DNA of 62,939 bases, the filler included, from Chiloscyllium plagiosum (taxonomy: Eukaryota): the NCBI RefSeq assembly GCF_004010195.1. It is 5 parts of one record of this genome, joined end to end, with 100 filler letters (N's around TTAATTAATTAA, not from the genome) between each part and the next. Parts side by side here need not be neighbours in the genome. Positions count along the whole stretch, not along the records: positions 9,233 to 31,844 come from NC_057715.1; 4 more parts are not named here. One strand, 5' to 3'. Position numbers and translations under genes: made by a program. Of the stretch, positions 12,021 through 24,620 are shown one piece after another. Position 1 is the first letter of the stretch, and the number at the start of each line of letters is the position of its first letter. Below the pieces are notes generated by a model. The model ran no database searches and was not told the origin of the DNA. It saw only the letters and a list, made by a program, of their open reading frames with translations.

Positions 12021-13143
12021 TCTTCCAAGGATCCGTAGATTTTGGAAAAGTCCCAGGGGATTGAAAAAACTGCCAATGCAACACCCTTGTTTAAAAGGAG
12101 AGGGAGATAAAAACAGACAATAGGCCCATTAGCTTACTACCTGTTAGAAAAATGTTAGTGTCTATTATACAGGATCCAACAGCAAAGCATTTAGAAACTC
12201 ATAAAATAATCCAGGAGCACGGCTTCATGAAGGGGAAATCACACCTGACAAATTTATTATGGTTTTTGAGGAAGTAAAAAGCAGGGTAGGTATAGGCAAA
12301 TCAATTGATAAGATGCATGATGTTGGAGGTAATATATTAGCATAGATAGAGGACTGGCTAACTAATAGAGGATGGAGAGTTAGGATAAAGGAGACATTTT
12401 TAGGATGGTGATCTGTAACTGATGAAATGCCACAGGCATTGATGTTAGGGTCACAATCGTTTACATTATACATTAATGATTTGGATGACACAGTGATATG
12501 TTATCTCCAAATTTAAAGGTGACACAAAGATGATGGGAAGTCAAGAGATGAATATGACACAAGGTGTTGCTGAGGGATTTAGACAGGGTAAATGGGTAGG
12601 TAAATACACAAATAGGCAGATGGAATATAACATTCTAAAATGTGAAGTAATGCATTTTGACAGGAGGAATGGAAGAATTGGATATTATTTAAATGGGGAA
12701 ATATTTCCAGAAGCTGCAGCACAGAGTGATCGATGGATTCTCATGCATGAATCACAGAAAGCTAGCACTCAAGTTTAACAGGTAGTAAGGAAAGCAAATG
12801 AAGTGTTGGCCTTTATTTTCAAATGAAATAAAGTATAAAAGTAAGGAGGTCTAGCTAAAATGATGCAGGATGTCAGTCAGACCAAATGTGGAATACTGTG
12901 AACAGTTCTGGTCCCCTTATCTGAGGAATGATATATTGGCATTGGAGGCAGTCCAGAGGGAGTTCATTAGGCTGATCGCAGATATGGAGGAACTGACATA
13001 AAGAGAGATTGAGTAGATTGGTCTTTTACTAATTGGAGTTTAGCTGAATGTGAGGGGATCTTATTGAAACATATAAGACACTAAGGGTTGTTTTCCCTTG
13101 TGAGAGTGTCAGACCAGAGGGCACAGTCCCAGAATAAGAGGGT
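12020..13143 (+). mobile_element. Older degraded CR1 RT region
   Basis: Remnants of HGF.KGKS.LTNLL.F.EEV, G..LG..LF.LYINDLD and QMEYN..KCEVMHF.R.N. Confidence 0.8.
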
Positions 13144-13144
13144 A

Positions 13145-13775
13145 GTCATAGAGTCATAGAGATATACAGCACGGAAACAGACCCTTCTGTCCAACCCGTC
13201 CATGCCGACGAGATATCCCAACCCAATCTAGTCCCACTTGCCAGCACCCAGCCCATATCCCTCCAAACCCTTCCTATTCATATACCCATCCAAATGCCTT
13301 TAAATGTTGCAATTGTACCAGTCTCCACCACTTCCTCTGGCAACTCATTTCATACACATACCACCCTGTGTGAAAAAGTTGCTCCATAGGTCTCTTTTAT
13401 ATCTTTCCCCTCTCACCCTAAAATTATGCCCTCTAGTTCTGGACTCCCCAACCGCAGAGAAAAGACTTTGTCTATTTACACTATCCATATCCCTCATAAT
13501 TTTGTAAACCTCTATAAGGTCACCCCTCAGCCTCCGACGATCCAGGGAAAACAACCCCAGTCTGCTCAGCCTCTCTTTATAGCTCAAATCCTCCAACCCT
13601 GGCAATATCCTTGTAAATCTTTCCTGAACACTTTCAAGTTTCACAACATCTTTCCGATAGGAAGACCAGAATTGCACGCAATATTCCAACAGTGGCCTAA
13701 CCAATGTCCTGTACAGCTACAACATGACCTCCCAACTCCTGTACTCAATACTCTGACCAATAAAGGAAAGCATAC
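13145..13775 (-). mobile_element. Young CR1 3' end
   Basis: ORF 13345-13704 LVRPLLEYCVQFWSSYRKDVVKLESVQERFTRILPGLEDLSYKERL; the 3' tail carries short (ctatgact) repeats at about 13145. Confidence 0.93.
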
Positions 13776-15063
13776 TTAATGATTATTTTGCATCAGTATT
13801 TACTGTGGAAAAGGATATGGAAGAATATAGACTGTAGGGAAATAGATCGTGACATCTTGTAAAATGTCCAGATTATAGAGGAGGAAGTGCTGGATGCCTT
13901 GAAACGGTTAAAGGTGGATAAATCCCCAGGACCTGATCAGGTGCACCCAAGAACTCTGTGGGAAGCTAGAGAAGTGATTGCTGGGCCTCTTGCTGAGACA
14001 TTTGTATCATCGATAGTCACAGGAGAGGTGCCGGAAGACTGGAGGTTGGCAAACGTGGTGCCACTGTTTAAGAAGGGCAGTAAAGACAAGCCAGGGAACT
14101 ACAGACCGGTGAGCCTGACCTCGGTGGTGGGCAAGTTGTTGGAGGGAATCCTGAGGGACAGGATGTACATGTATTTGGAAAGGCAANNNNNNNNNNNNNN
14201 NNNNNNNNNNNNNNNNNNNNNNNNNNNNNNNNNNNNNNNNNNNNNNNNNNNNNNNNNNNNNNNNNNNNNNNNNNNNNNNNNNNNNNNNNNNNNNNNNNNN
14301 NNNNNNNNNNNNNNNNNNNNNNNNNNNNNNNNNNNNNNNNNNNNNNNNNNNNNNNNNNNNNNNNNNNNNNNNNNNNNNNNNNNNNNNNNNNNNNNNNNNN
14401 NNNNNNNNNNNNNNNNNNNNNNNNNNNNNNNNNNNTGAGAAGTGGCAGATGAAGTTTAATTCAGATAATGCGAGGTGCTGCATTTTGGGAAAGCAAATCT
14501 TAGCAGGACTTATACACTTAATGGTAAGGTCCTAGGGAGTGTTGCTGAACAAAGAGACCTTGGAGTGCAGGTTCATAGCTCCTTGAAAGTGGAGTCGCAG
14601 GTAGATAGGATAGTGAAGAAGGCATTTGCTATGCTTTTCTTTATTGGTCAGACTATTGAGTACAGGAGTTGGGAGATCATGTTGCGGCTGTACAGGACAT
14701 TGGTTAGGCCTCTGTTGAAATATTGCGTGCAATTCTGCTCTCCTTGCTATCGGAAAGATGTTGTCAAACTTGAAAGGGTTCAGAAAAGATTTACAAGGAT
14801 GTTGCCAGGGTTGGAGGATCTGAGCTACAGGGAGAGGCTGAGCAGGCTGGGGCTGTTTTCCCTGGAGTGTTGAAGGCTGAGGAGTGACCTTATAGAGGTT
14901 TACAAAATTATGAGGGGCATGGATAGGATAAATAGACAAAGTATTTTCCCTGGGATCGGGGAATCCAGAACTAGAGGGCATAGGTTTAGGGTGAGAGGGA
15001 AACGATATAAAAGAGACCTAAGGGGCAACTTTTTCATGCAGAGGGTGGTATGTGTATGGAATG
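13776..15063 (+). mobile_element. Young CR1 ORF2 RT region with an internal gap
   Basis: KVDKSPGPDQVHPRTL...VPEDWRLANVVPLFKKG...NYRPVSLTSVVGKLLE, with the RT C-terminus after the gap. Confidence 0.93.
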
Positions 15064-16084
15064 GCTGGTATTTTACTTATCATAGCTATTTATGCATTTA
15101 TTTTAAATTATAAACAGAAACAGGTCTGGGGGGAGAATGAAGGAAAACAAAAGGTTTGCATTCAGTGATGTCGCAAAAATGTACTTTCAAGTGAAAAATG
15201 ATTCATAACCATTTCATATACAACCACGGTTCTGTTATAATTAGCAAAAGCAGGAACTCCACTTCTATCAAGCAAAAAGTTAATTTATAAAATCTAATCC
15301 CAATGGTCACTTGCTGAAAATGTCCAAGAAATTCAATATTTTCCCTACTGCTGATGGTGGTAGATCTGTGATTGAGAATCTGATTCCAATTTTAGCAACC
15401 AATTAGAATTCTTTGAGAAGAGCTTTTTAGACAGTCGATTCTGATAAATTACTGGTTTGTTGAAGCAAGTATTCCTTCTTATTTCGATCTTCACCACAGA
15501 AGAGCAGTAAAAACCATCAACATGCTTCCTTGCCCTGCTGATCTCTCCAGACACAAAGCATTTCAGGGCTTGTTAAGAATAGCATTTGCAAAACAAAATT
15601 GTCCATTTGACTTCTCATTAAAATATAGACCACAAAAAACATATACCACAAAGATGGGTATTGTATTAAAATACTGATTTTCTGCGCTTTCCAGATTTCT
15701 AATTATATCTAAATATGGAAACTACATGGGAACTTTTACTTTTTATAGAAGGATCAAAACATTCCTTTTTTGAGTTAATTTTTCCCAGAAGCTCAGTCTC
15801 TCCAGTCCTCACAAGCAGTTCAGTAATGACTACCTCTATTCGCCCACAAGGCAGAATGCCTTCTGGCACATTCAGCATAAACATGGTTGTGATTAGGGAT
15901 TTAGTTGTCTAAGAATCACAGGCGTAATACTACATTCCATCATTCTAAGGGGTTGAGAGTCCAAATGCCATTACAACATGTGATAAACAGAATAAGGAAA
16001 AATAAAATTTCTATTATCTGGTATATCGTTTTAAACCTCCTTTTAAAATTTTAATTCTCCGTGTTAATGACAAAAGTTCACATA

Positions 16085-16525
16085 TTCCTTGAGCATTTTT
16101 CACAGCCTCAGGACATCCTAGACTGCTTTCGAGTTGAGTACTTTGTGAACTGTAATCATTGTTTTAATGTTGGAAACATAGCAACCAATTTGCACTCAGA
16201 TAAAACGTAAGAGCAGAGGTTAGTCATTCAGCCTATCTGAAATTCATAACTTGCAATAGTTGGTAATGGAACTAAAGTCAACTGTTTAGAAGGTAGTTAT
16301 GCTTATGAATTGGTGAGAAAACCAGGGCATTCAACTGTACTCTTGGTCAGTGTAGTCCACCTGAGGGAGACAGTCTAATCTGTAACACAAAAACATTTAC
16401 AGTGCAGCATGCCCTCAATACTGCACTGGAATGGTACCAAGACTTTGCATGCAAGTCTCCAGAATGGAACTTCAAATTCAGAGCCATCAAATTCAGAGGC
16501 ATGGAAGTGCAAACAATGAACTTCA
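16085..16525 (-). mobile_element. Degraded DeuSINE (SacSINE1-like)
   Basis: The plus strand shows cacagcctcaggacatcc..., gaaacatagcaaccaatttgcac (Deu-domain-like), tccacctgaggg.gacag and acagtgcagcatgccctcaatactgcactgga...caagtctccagaatggaactt, in the order I recall for the SacSINE1 reverse complement. Confidence 0.7.
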
Positions 16526-19287
16526 GCCAAAATGGAAAATGCAAGTCTATATATATATAAATATTTGAAAAAAAACAAATCCACCTGTTGTAAGCTGGCA
16601 ACTTGCACAAAAGTATTAAATTTCAGTGGGCTGACATCCTGACCTAAGATGATAAGTTTGTAATCCTTAAATGGCAGACAAAATCATTTCGGTACAGGAA
16701 GGCGACTAACTTAGCGTAGACAGAAGGCTTCATTGTAAATACAAGAAACATTTAAACATTAGTTTAAACGATAGCATGCAGCCCTTCTCACAGAGTGTCA
16801 GAAAAATCTCAAATTGATTGGTGGAATATGCAGAATGCAGGGATGTGCTTTGTGCCTTGAAAAGGAAGCTGGATGAGTCTCTTCAAATTATAGGAAATTG
16901 GCAGGATAGGTCTAGCAAGCAATATCAGAAATTACAGTCTCCTGGAATTTGTTTACCTTTGGGAATGGGGATTTTTCTGTCGGCCTTTCTTAAATTGATT
17001 GGAGAACTTTTCCACTGACTTCCTGCCTCTCTGACAGAATGATCTGGAGAAGACTTGGACTGATGTTAAATGATGCTTGTACAATACCTTGATAGAACCA
17101 AATTGTGAATCAGTTGGTCTACTCTCCTCTTGTCAAGTTTTCTGTTTTGACTTATCATGAGAACTTTTAATTTCTGCTCTTAACAACATATTTAATCAGT
17201 TTTTTTTCCCCAAAATATTTAATTAGAGCAACACAAATTACTTTTAATCAGAGTTTACATAGCTATGAATTTGTATGTGGAAGCGGGCTTGATAGTCTCG
17301 CTTGAGGCTTATACATTTCGAATCAGTTTTTCCTAGTTTTGCACTCATTATCTGTTCAAACAGATTACAGCTCCAACAACTATACTCCCTAGCACATAAT
17401 TGCAGCATGTCCCAACATTCAATGAAAAATACAAGTAGACACTACCAAATGTGCACAGATGAGAACTGCTTTCACCATTACAGAACCCAAATGCTTAAAC
17501 TGCACAGGTTTGTTACAGAAATGAACTACTTTTTGTAGACACTGAAAATGACAATTTGTTTTGCTTGTGCAAATTTTTGCTTCTCTTTAATTCTTTAATA
17601 ACTTAGCTCCTCATGAAAGGACCAATGCAAGTAGATTTAATAGTTTGAATCTGTGACTATTACTTAAAATAAAATTGCAAGTAAGATTTTTATAAATGCT
17701 GCCTATATCTCCAAATTTGGTGGCATGTACCAGTGTGAAAGATGCTTGGAGTACAGAGTAATTGTATCAGTTTTTATTTGAATATTGATGTAATTTTCTG
17801 GGTGGACTTGAGCTCTGATCTTTAATGCTTCAGTTGGGAATTCCCCAAGACAAGAATTTTTAAAAATGCAGAATTAACACGCAAACAAGAAAAAGGAGGT
17901 AAATGTTCATTTTTATTTTATGTTTCTAAGGTATCCCTCCCCTCTCTCCCATTCACTATTCTGTCAATTTTAGTCATCCCTTCCCCCACACTAGAACATA
18001 ATAAATGTTTATCACTAAAACAGATACATCCAAATTGCTGCACATAATATCAGTTTTTCTGCAATAAATATAATGCATCACAATAATCTGGGAGTGTAAG
18101 AGGATATCGTTTATATAATAGGTTCAAATTTGAGTTCATACCGCATATGGTGGCAAAGCCAGAGAGAAGCACATGCAAATTTCCCACTGTCACTGTTCAC
18201 TTGGTTGGGAAAATCATGGACAGAATAACCCCTAATTTCCTTTCTGCCATGCAAGCAGGCAAGACCCTCTGCTAATAGCACACTTTCATAAAATAACCCT
18301 ACTTCAGTAAGTAGAGTTAATCAAATTTAACTAAGGGAAACTCATCAGCTACTTGTAAGGTTTAAACCCATGTCCCATTAATTAGGATATATCTCAAGTT
18401 CACAAATAAAACATCTTCCAAATATTTAGGCCTACAAAATTGAAACAGTGAAAAAAAATCCAACTAAAAAAAAAATCAGAATTTCCTGAGTTTTGAGGAC
18501 TGATTGCAAATTCTCAGTGGTGGGGGTGGGATTACAAGTGAGCATAAGGTTGCAAGTTAAATATGTCTGTCTTAGTCTATCATGCATGATGTAGTAATCC
18601 TGCTCTAATTGGGCTATCAATTTTATAAAATTTATCTACCGATTCTCTTGAAGCCCACCTTAGTTGGCCACACCCACATGTCTAGCCTTTGGCTCAAATA
18701 ACTTGCTGGCCCATCTCCATATGGTATTTTGAATCTTGTTTCTAATCATTAGTTAAATAGTACAGGAACAATATCAAATCCACAACGTCCTAATCAGGCA
18801 ACCAGTAATTTCAAATGAGGCACCAAACAATTACAAATTAGATAGTGAGTCATTGAGATATCATAACTAACCAATCTGAAACTGACCAAAAATATTTTGT
18901 TCTTGTGGTCATTCCATCTTTTACATCCATAGCCTGCCAAATTGAATGCTTAATTCACATGTTCTAGAGCTACAACCAAATTATACATTGTTTTTCATTG
19001 ACATTGACAAAGGATTTTGGAGATTCAACAGATCCTTTGCTGTACCTAAACCTCTCTTTGACAGAATCCAGACCACATTTTATTTCTGTATCTGTTCCCC
19101 TTTCTTCCGCCATTCCCTCCCAGGCCCCAGTGCTTTAGCTTGACTTAACTACTGCATAGCATTTCCTTTTTGTCTTGTGTCCTTTCATTTCTTTGATTAT
19201 GAATATCTGAAACATTTCTCCCATAGTCTTCCAATTGATTCTGCCAACTCAATGGGTTTTTTTTTCTGACTGTTTCTTGACCTTCAC

Positions 19288-19293
19288 TTTATT
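19288..19293 (-). promoter_or_regulatory. Candidate polyadenylation signal (AATAAA) for VPS36
   Basis: TTTATT on plus, about 710 nt downstream of the VPS36 stop. Other AATAAA/ATTAAA hexamers exist nearby, so this one is uncertain. Confidence 0.35.
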
Positions 19294-20005
19294 ACATGTT
19301 CTAAAAAATACAACATTGAAAGCAGCAGCAAAATAAAACACTACTAAAAGGGAAATGCATCACTAGATGAAGAGCAAAAAACAATAAACAGATGGAGAAA
19401 ACTAAAACTAGTCAGAATTAAACAACTCAAAATATAAATCTGAAAGAAATGTGAAAACAGTGAAGGCAAAATAGTACTTTAGTGATGATTGAGAACTGAA
19501 AAATATCTAAAAATATTGTCACAGTGGATTTTTGATATAATAAAATTGAAGCAACCCTTTACACATGTTACTGTTGGAACCTGAAAAAAGGTTCCATTAT
19601 CATAACAACATCATTGACAAAAATGATTATATCTCAAGCTAAGAATTCAAAGTTGAGGAGATTTTAGACTACAGATTTTAATTCAGTTCCTTTAGTGTGC
19701 TTTAATCAGGTTTAAATCCAGAAGTAAACCAGTTGTTCAATGTGACAAAATAATTCAATTCTATTCAACTCAAATAGTTCAGTCCAGGGCTTTTGCTTAA
19801 ACCCTGAACACACATGTAGTGGTGCTCTGATCTCCTTTTCATTATCATGGGTGGAATTTTTCTACCATACACTTGTTGTGAAGCCTGAATTTTAATGCAC
19901 AACATCCTGCAGTTAATGGTCATCCAGTAATTCTGTGATACATCACACACAACTTAGTCATTGTGCTCCAAAGAAAGTACCAAACAGATTTTCACAGGTG
20001 AATTT

Positions 20006-20099
20006 TCAGTCTTGCGTCAGAAACAAATTTGGGTAAAATCGCAAGCTTTCAACAGAGTCATCACGACACAAGTGGCCAACTTTCTCTGCTAGTAGTAGC
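20006..20099 (-). CDS. VPS36: VPS36 (ESCRT-II subunit) last coding exon: (R)[30 protein letters not shown]
   Basis: Acceptor ttttttccacccag, phase 2, TGA at 20008-20006. Matches the remembered vertebrate VPS36 C-terminus [26 protein letters not shown]. Confidence 0.96.
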
Positions 20100-20178
20100 C
20101 TGGGTGGAAAAAACAATAAATGTGTGTAATAATGCATGGTAAAATGCTCAATTGTATGATTCTATCATTATTACTTAC

Positions 20179-20255
20179 CTTTCTTTGGCCAGAAGTACGG
20201 AAATTCCCATGAGCTTAGCATACTCTTCAGAACTAACAAAACCTTTTTCTGATAC
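20179..20255 (-). CDS. VPS36: VPS36 exon: VSEKGFVSSEEYAKLMGISVLLAKE(R)
   Basis: 77 nt; acceptor ttttctgtacatag, donor gtaagt; phases agree with both neighbouring exons. Confidence 0.96.
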
Positions 20256-20394
20256 CTATGTACAGAAAAAAAAGAAAAATATCCATGGATTTGATAGACA
20301 ACTTGTTGGCTGGGTAGTATAAACACAGCCTGAAAACTTATACTCTGGTGGTTTAGTGAACGTGCTGTGCGTGCAGCACAGAGAGTTCTCAATA

Positions 20395-23010
20395 TACGAA
20401 TATGAGAAATAGGTGCAGGTGTGGGTCATTTCACCCTTTCAGCTTGTCTTAACATTTTATCAGATCATCTCATAGCTCTCAGCTCCCCAGTCAAAAATCT
20501 ATCTACCTCTTCTTTAAATGCTTTCAGATATCTTGTCTCCACAAGGCTCTGGGGTAGAGAATTCCAGACATTCGCCATCCTTGGGGAGAAGAAATTTCTT
20601 TGCATCTCAAGTTTAAATGATAGTTCCTTTATTCTCTAATTAGATCCCTTAGTTTGAGATTCTACCACTGATGGAATAATCTTCTCAATAATCTAATCTG
20701 TAAGCCCGCTCAGAATTTTGTATGTTTTAGGAAGCTCTCTCCTCACTTTAATGTATAAAGGCATAAGCTGTTTAAGTGTACTTGATAAGTCAATCCCTTC
20801 ACCCCTTGAATCAGCCCAATGCTTCTCCTTTGAATGGCCCCCATTTTCAGTATATCCCTTCATAAGTATGGGGACCAAAACTGTGCAAAGTACTAGAGCT
20901 GCAGCCTCTCCAATCCCTGTACAGTTATAACAAGACTTCCTTGTTTCCAAAGTCAAGATTAGAGTGGTGCTGGAAAAGCAGAGCAGGTCAGGCAACAACC
21001 GAGGAGCAGGAAAATCGATGTTTCGGGCAGGAGCCCTTCATCAGGAATCCTTGTTCACCCACCCACCTCGCAATAAAAGCTACAAATTCCATTTCCCTTC
21101 TGAATTGCTTGCTGCACCTGCATGCTAGGTTTTTGTGTTTCATGCACAAGAACAATTAGATTATTCTGTGCCATTTTGTTCTGGAGTGTATCTCTATTTA
21201 TATAATAGACAAATTTTTGATTCTTCTGACCAAAGTGCATGTTCGCACACTTTCCTACATTAATCTCCATCTACCAAGTATTTGCCCACTCATTCAACTT
21301 ATAAAGTATCCCCTTGCAGATTCTTCATATGTCCTTAGCATAACGTGCTCTCCCATCTGCTTTGTATCATCAGTAAATCTGGATACATTACGCACTGCCA
21401 TTTCCTCCAAGTCATTAATATAAATAGTAAACAATTGAGACCCTAAGATTGATCCTTGTGACACTCCACAAGTTACACATTTCCAACCTAAGAACGATAC
21501 ATAATCTTGACTCTATCTTTTGTATTAACCATTTGCCAATCTACGCTGTTAAATTACCCCCAAGACCATAAGCTCCATTCTTGTGCAATAAGCTTTTAAT
21601 GGCATCTTATCGAATGTATTGAGGAAATCCAAACACATTACACTACTGGGTCCCCTTTATCAGCTCTGCATGTTATATTATCAAAGAACTCCAGTAAATT
21701 TGCCAAATATGATTATCCTGGCACAAAACGATATTGACTCTATTTGACAGAGTTAAGCTTTTCTAAATCCCCACAATCTTCCCTTAAAAATGGACACTAG
21801 CATATTTCTCAATTTCAGACAGTAAGCTAACTGATATTTAATTTCCTGCTTTCTGTCATCTCCCTTCTTGAACAGTGGTATCACATTAGCAGTTCACCAA
21901 TCCAATGGAAGCCCTCCCAGAATCCACAAAGTTCTGAAATATTTCAATCCATGCTTCCCACTGTCTCTGCAACCACGTTCTGCATGCCATCAGCCCTAGC
22001 AACTCTGTTCTCCTTCAGTCCCATTAGTTTGTCAAATACTTTGTCCTATGTGATAGAGACTTCTATTAGACCTTTCCTCCCTGCTTATATTACCTTTGGG
22101 ATATTTAGTGTCCTCCACCTTAAGAGCTGATGTAATTATTGGTTTAAATTATCTACCATTTCCTTGCACCCCATCATCAATTCCCAGTTATATTCTCCAA
22201 ACATCCACTTTCTTTATCTACACTGTTTTTATGTATCTGTAAAAGCTCTTGCTGCTTATTTATATATTGCTTGCCAATTTACTTTCATAATAAATTTTCT
22301 CTCTCTTTATTAATATTTTTCTCATCTGGTGCTGTTTTTGAAAAAAAATTCAGAGTCCTCTGGCATCCCATTAGTTTTTGCTGCTTTCTATGCCTTAGTT
22401 TTTGACTGGATATTCTCCTTGATCACTTTGGACACCACAGGTAGCTCATCCTTCTTCTTTTTGATCTGAATATTTTTTTTTGCTGAGCGTTATGAAGTAC
22501 CTACTTAAATATCTGCCAATCCTCATCCACTGACATATCCCTCAGTTTATTTTCCCAGCCTGGTTTAGACAACTCTTTCTTTATACTTCTGTAATTGCCT
22601 CTATTTAAGCTGAAGACATAGGTTAGGACCCAAGTTGCTCTTCCTCAAACTGAATTTCTAATTTTGTAATCATCTAGATGATTCTTAATGCGATCGCATT
22701 AAATCTACCTAATTACACATTAGTAGATCTAAAATAGTCTGTTCTTATGTAGGTTCCGCAATGTATTGGTCTAAGAAACAGTCCTTGCTGCACTCGACAA
22801 AACTGTCTTGCGTTTTACCTTTGCCAATTTGATTTGTCCAGTCAAAATGCACATATAGAAATCACACATGATAGCTGCCCTGCCCTTCTTACATGCCACC
22901 ATTATTCTACCATCTATATTTTGTCCTACAGAAAGACAACTCTTCGGGGGCCGATAGGCAACTTTCACCTGTAACTTTTTTCCCTTCCTATTCTTGATTT
23001 CCACCCAAAC
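20395..23010 (-). mobile_element. Long, old CR1 ORF2 relic (endonuclease to 3' UTR) in a VPS36 intron
   Basis: EN remnant EIKNRKGKK..V.VAYRPPKS near 23000; RT remnant MEINVGKC..MHFG.KN near 21270; 3' UTR near 20400. Confidence 0.8.
20946..21047 (-). mobile_element. About 100-bp PLE family 1 mini-insertion consisting of the hammerhead motif plus 3' tail
   Basis: The reverse complement begins uucCUGAUGAAGGGCuccuGCCCGAAACAUCg. It has an 8-bp TSD tccttgtt at 20938-20945 and 21048-21055. Confidence 0.8.
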
Positions 23011-23289
23011 TGATAAGAATAAATATTAAGCTAAAGAAGAAAAAGTGCACTTATGACAGCTGTCAGGTTGTAAACACAATTGAGAACCAAGCTGAATATA
23101 GAAGGTGCTACCTTTATTATATAGCTACTGCTTTTCCTGTCACCTTTGGTTTCAATCCGTTTGACCCAGATCTGTTCTAGCCCCATTGAAATTGGCTGTT
23201 TGCCAGTTGATTATTCTTATCCTGGATTGATCAATGTCATTTTTCACTATCATCCTAAACCTTATGATACAATGATCATTGTCCCCTCG

Positions 23290-23430
23290 ATCTGAATAAG
23301 AGTCACTGGACTTGAAACGTTGACTCTGCTTTCTCTCCACAGATGCCACCAGACCTGCTGAATGTCTCCAACAATTTCTGTTTTTGTTTCAGACCTTCAG
23401 AGTCCCCAGGTCTTTGTTTTATTTTATATG
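23290..23430 (+). mobile_element. Old PLE-type (family 3) terminus with a degenerate hammerhead motif
   Basis: tCTGAATAaGAGTCactgGACTTGAAACGTT followed by ctctccacagatgc..ccagacctgctga; related copies at 5770, 28435, 47510 and 55630. Confidence 0.65.
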
Positions 23431-23599
23431 ACTATCCTCCAGATATTCCCCAAATGACACTTTATCTACTTGGCCCACCTCATACCCAAAAATCAGGTCT
23501 AGTGACTCGTCTTGTTGGACTGGACATGTACTGCTACAAGAAATTCTCATGAACACAATCTACGAACACCTCCTTCTCTCTGAACCTTACACGAGCACT

Positions 23600-24620
23600 A
23601 CCCGGAGTTATGCACTTTGGTATGAAGAATAGAAGAGCTAAATATTGTTTAAAGGGGAAAAGACTGCAGAAAGCTATAGGTCAGTGGGATTTGGAGGTCA
23701 TAATATGATGCACAAAAAGCTGACATCCAAGTTCAGCAGGCCATAGGCAAGGTAAATGGAATGTTGGTTTTACTTAAACTATACGAGGCACTGGTCAGAC
23801 CACAGATGAACACTGAACAGTTCTTGTCCCCTTATCTCCAGAAAGATATACTGGCATTGGAGGCAGTCCAGGGAAGTTTCACTAGATTGATCCCAGCTAT
23901 GGAGGGATTGTGTACTAAGGTCAGACTGAGTAGCTTGGGCACGGTGGCTCAGTGGTTAGCATTGCTGCCTCATGGCGCCAGGGATCCAGGTTTGATTCCA
24001 GCCTCGGGCGACTGTCTGTTTGGAGTTTGCACATTCTCCCCAAAGATGTACAGGTTAGGTGAACTGGCCATGCTAAATTACTCATAGTGTTCAGGGATGT
24101 ATAGGTTAGGTGCATTAGTCATGGGTAGATATAGGATAATAGGATACGGGAATGGGTCTGGGTGAGTTACTCTTCAGAGGGTCGGTGTGGACTTGTTGAG
24201 CTGAAGGGCCTGTTTCCACACTGTAGTGATTCAATGATTCTATGAATTCCTTACTCTTTGGAATTTAGGAGAATGAGAGGAGACCTTACTGAAATATATA
24301 AGAATCTTAGGGAACTTGAGAGGGTAAATGTGGAGAGACTGTTTCCTTTTGAGGGAGCACCTAGAACCAGATGCCATTACTTTAAGATTATGATGTCGCC
24401 CATTTAACACATTTTCTCTCAGAAGGTAATGAATCTGTGGAACTCTACCACAGTGGGTTGTCTAGGCTGCATTGTTAAGTTATTCAAGGTTGAGATTAAC
24501 AGTAAGTGAATCAAGGATTATGGGGAAATGAAGTGAAGTTGAGAATTATCAGGGAGACATGATCTGATGATAAGCAGAGCGGGCTCAATGGGCCGAATAG
24601 CCTACATCTGCTCTGATAGC
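23600..24620 (+). mobile_element. Old CR1 3' half interrupted by an HE1 SINE
   Basis: LLKLYEALVRP...SPYLQKDILALEAVQ.SFTRLIP.MEGL; the CR1 sequence resumes after about 24245. Confidence 0.8.
23937..24245 (+). mobile_element. HE1 V-SINE
   Basis: gggcacggtggctcagtggttagc head, partial V-domain, and gaagggcctgtttccacactgtag tail. Confidence 0.88.

Noticed and set aside
15345..15912. Short ORFs on both strands as host exons
   Set aside because: No recognisable protein, and no consistent splice-bounded frame in the frames I translated.
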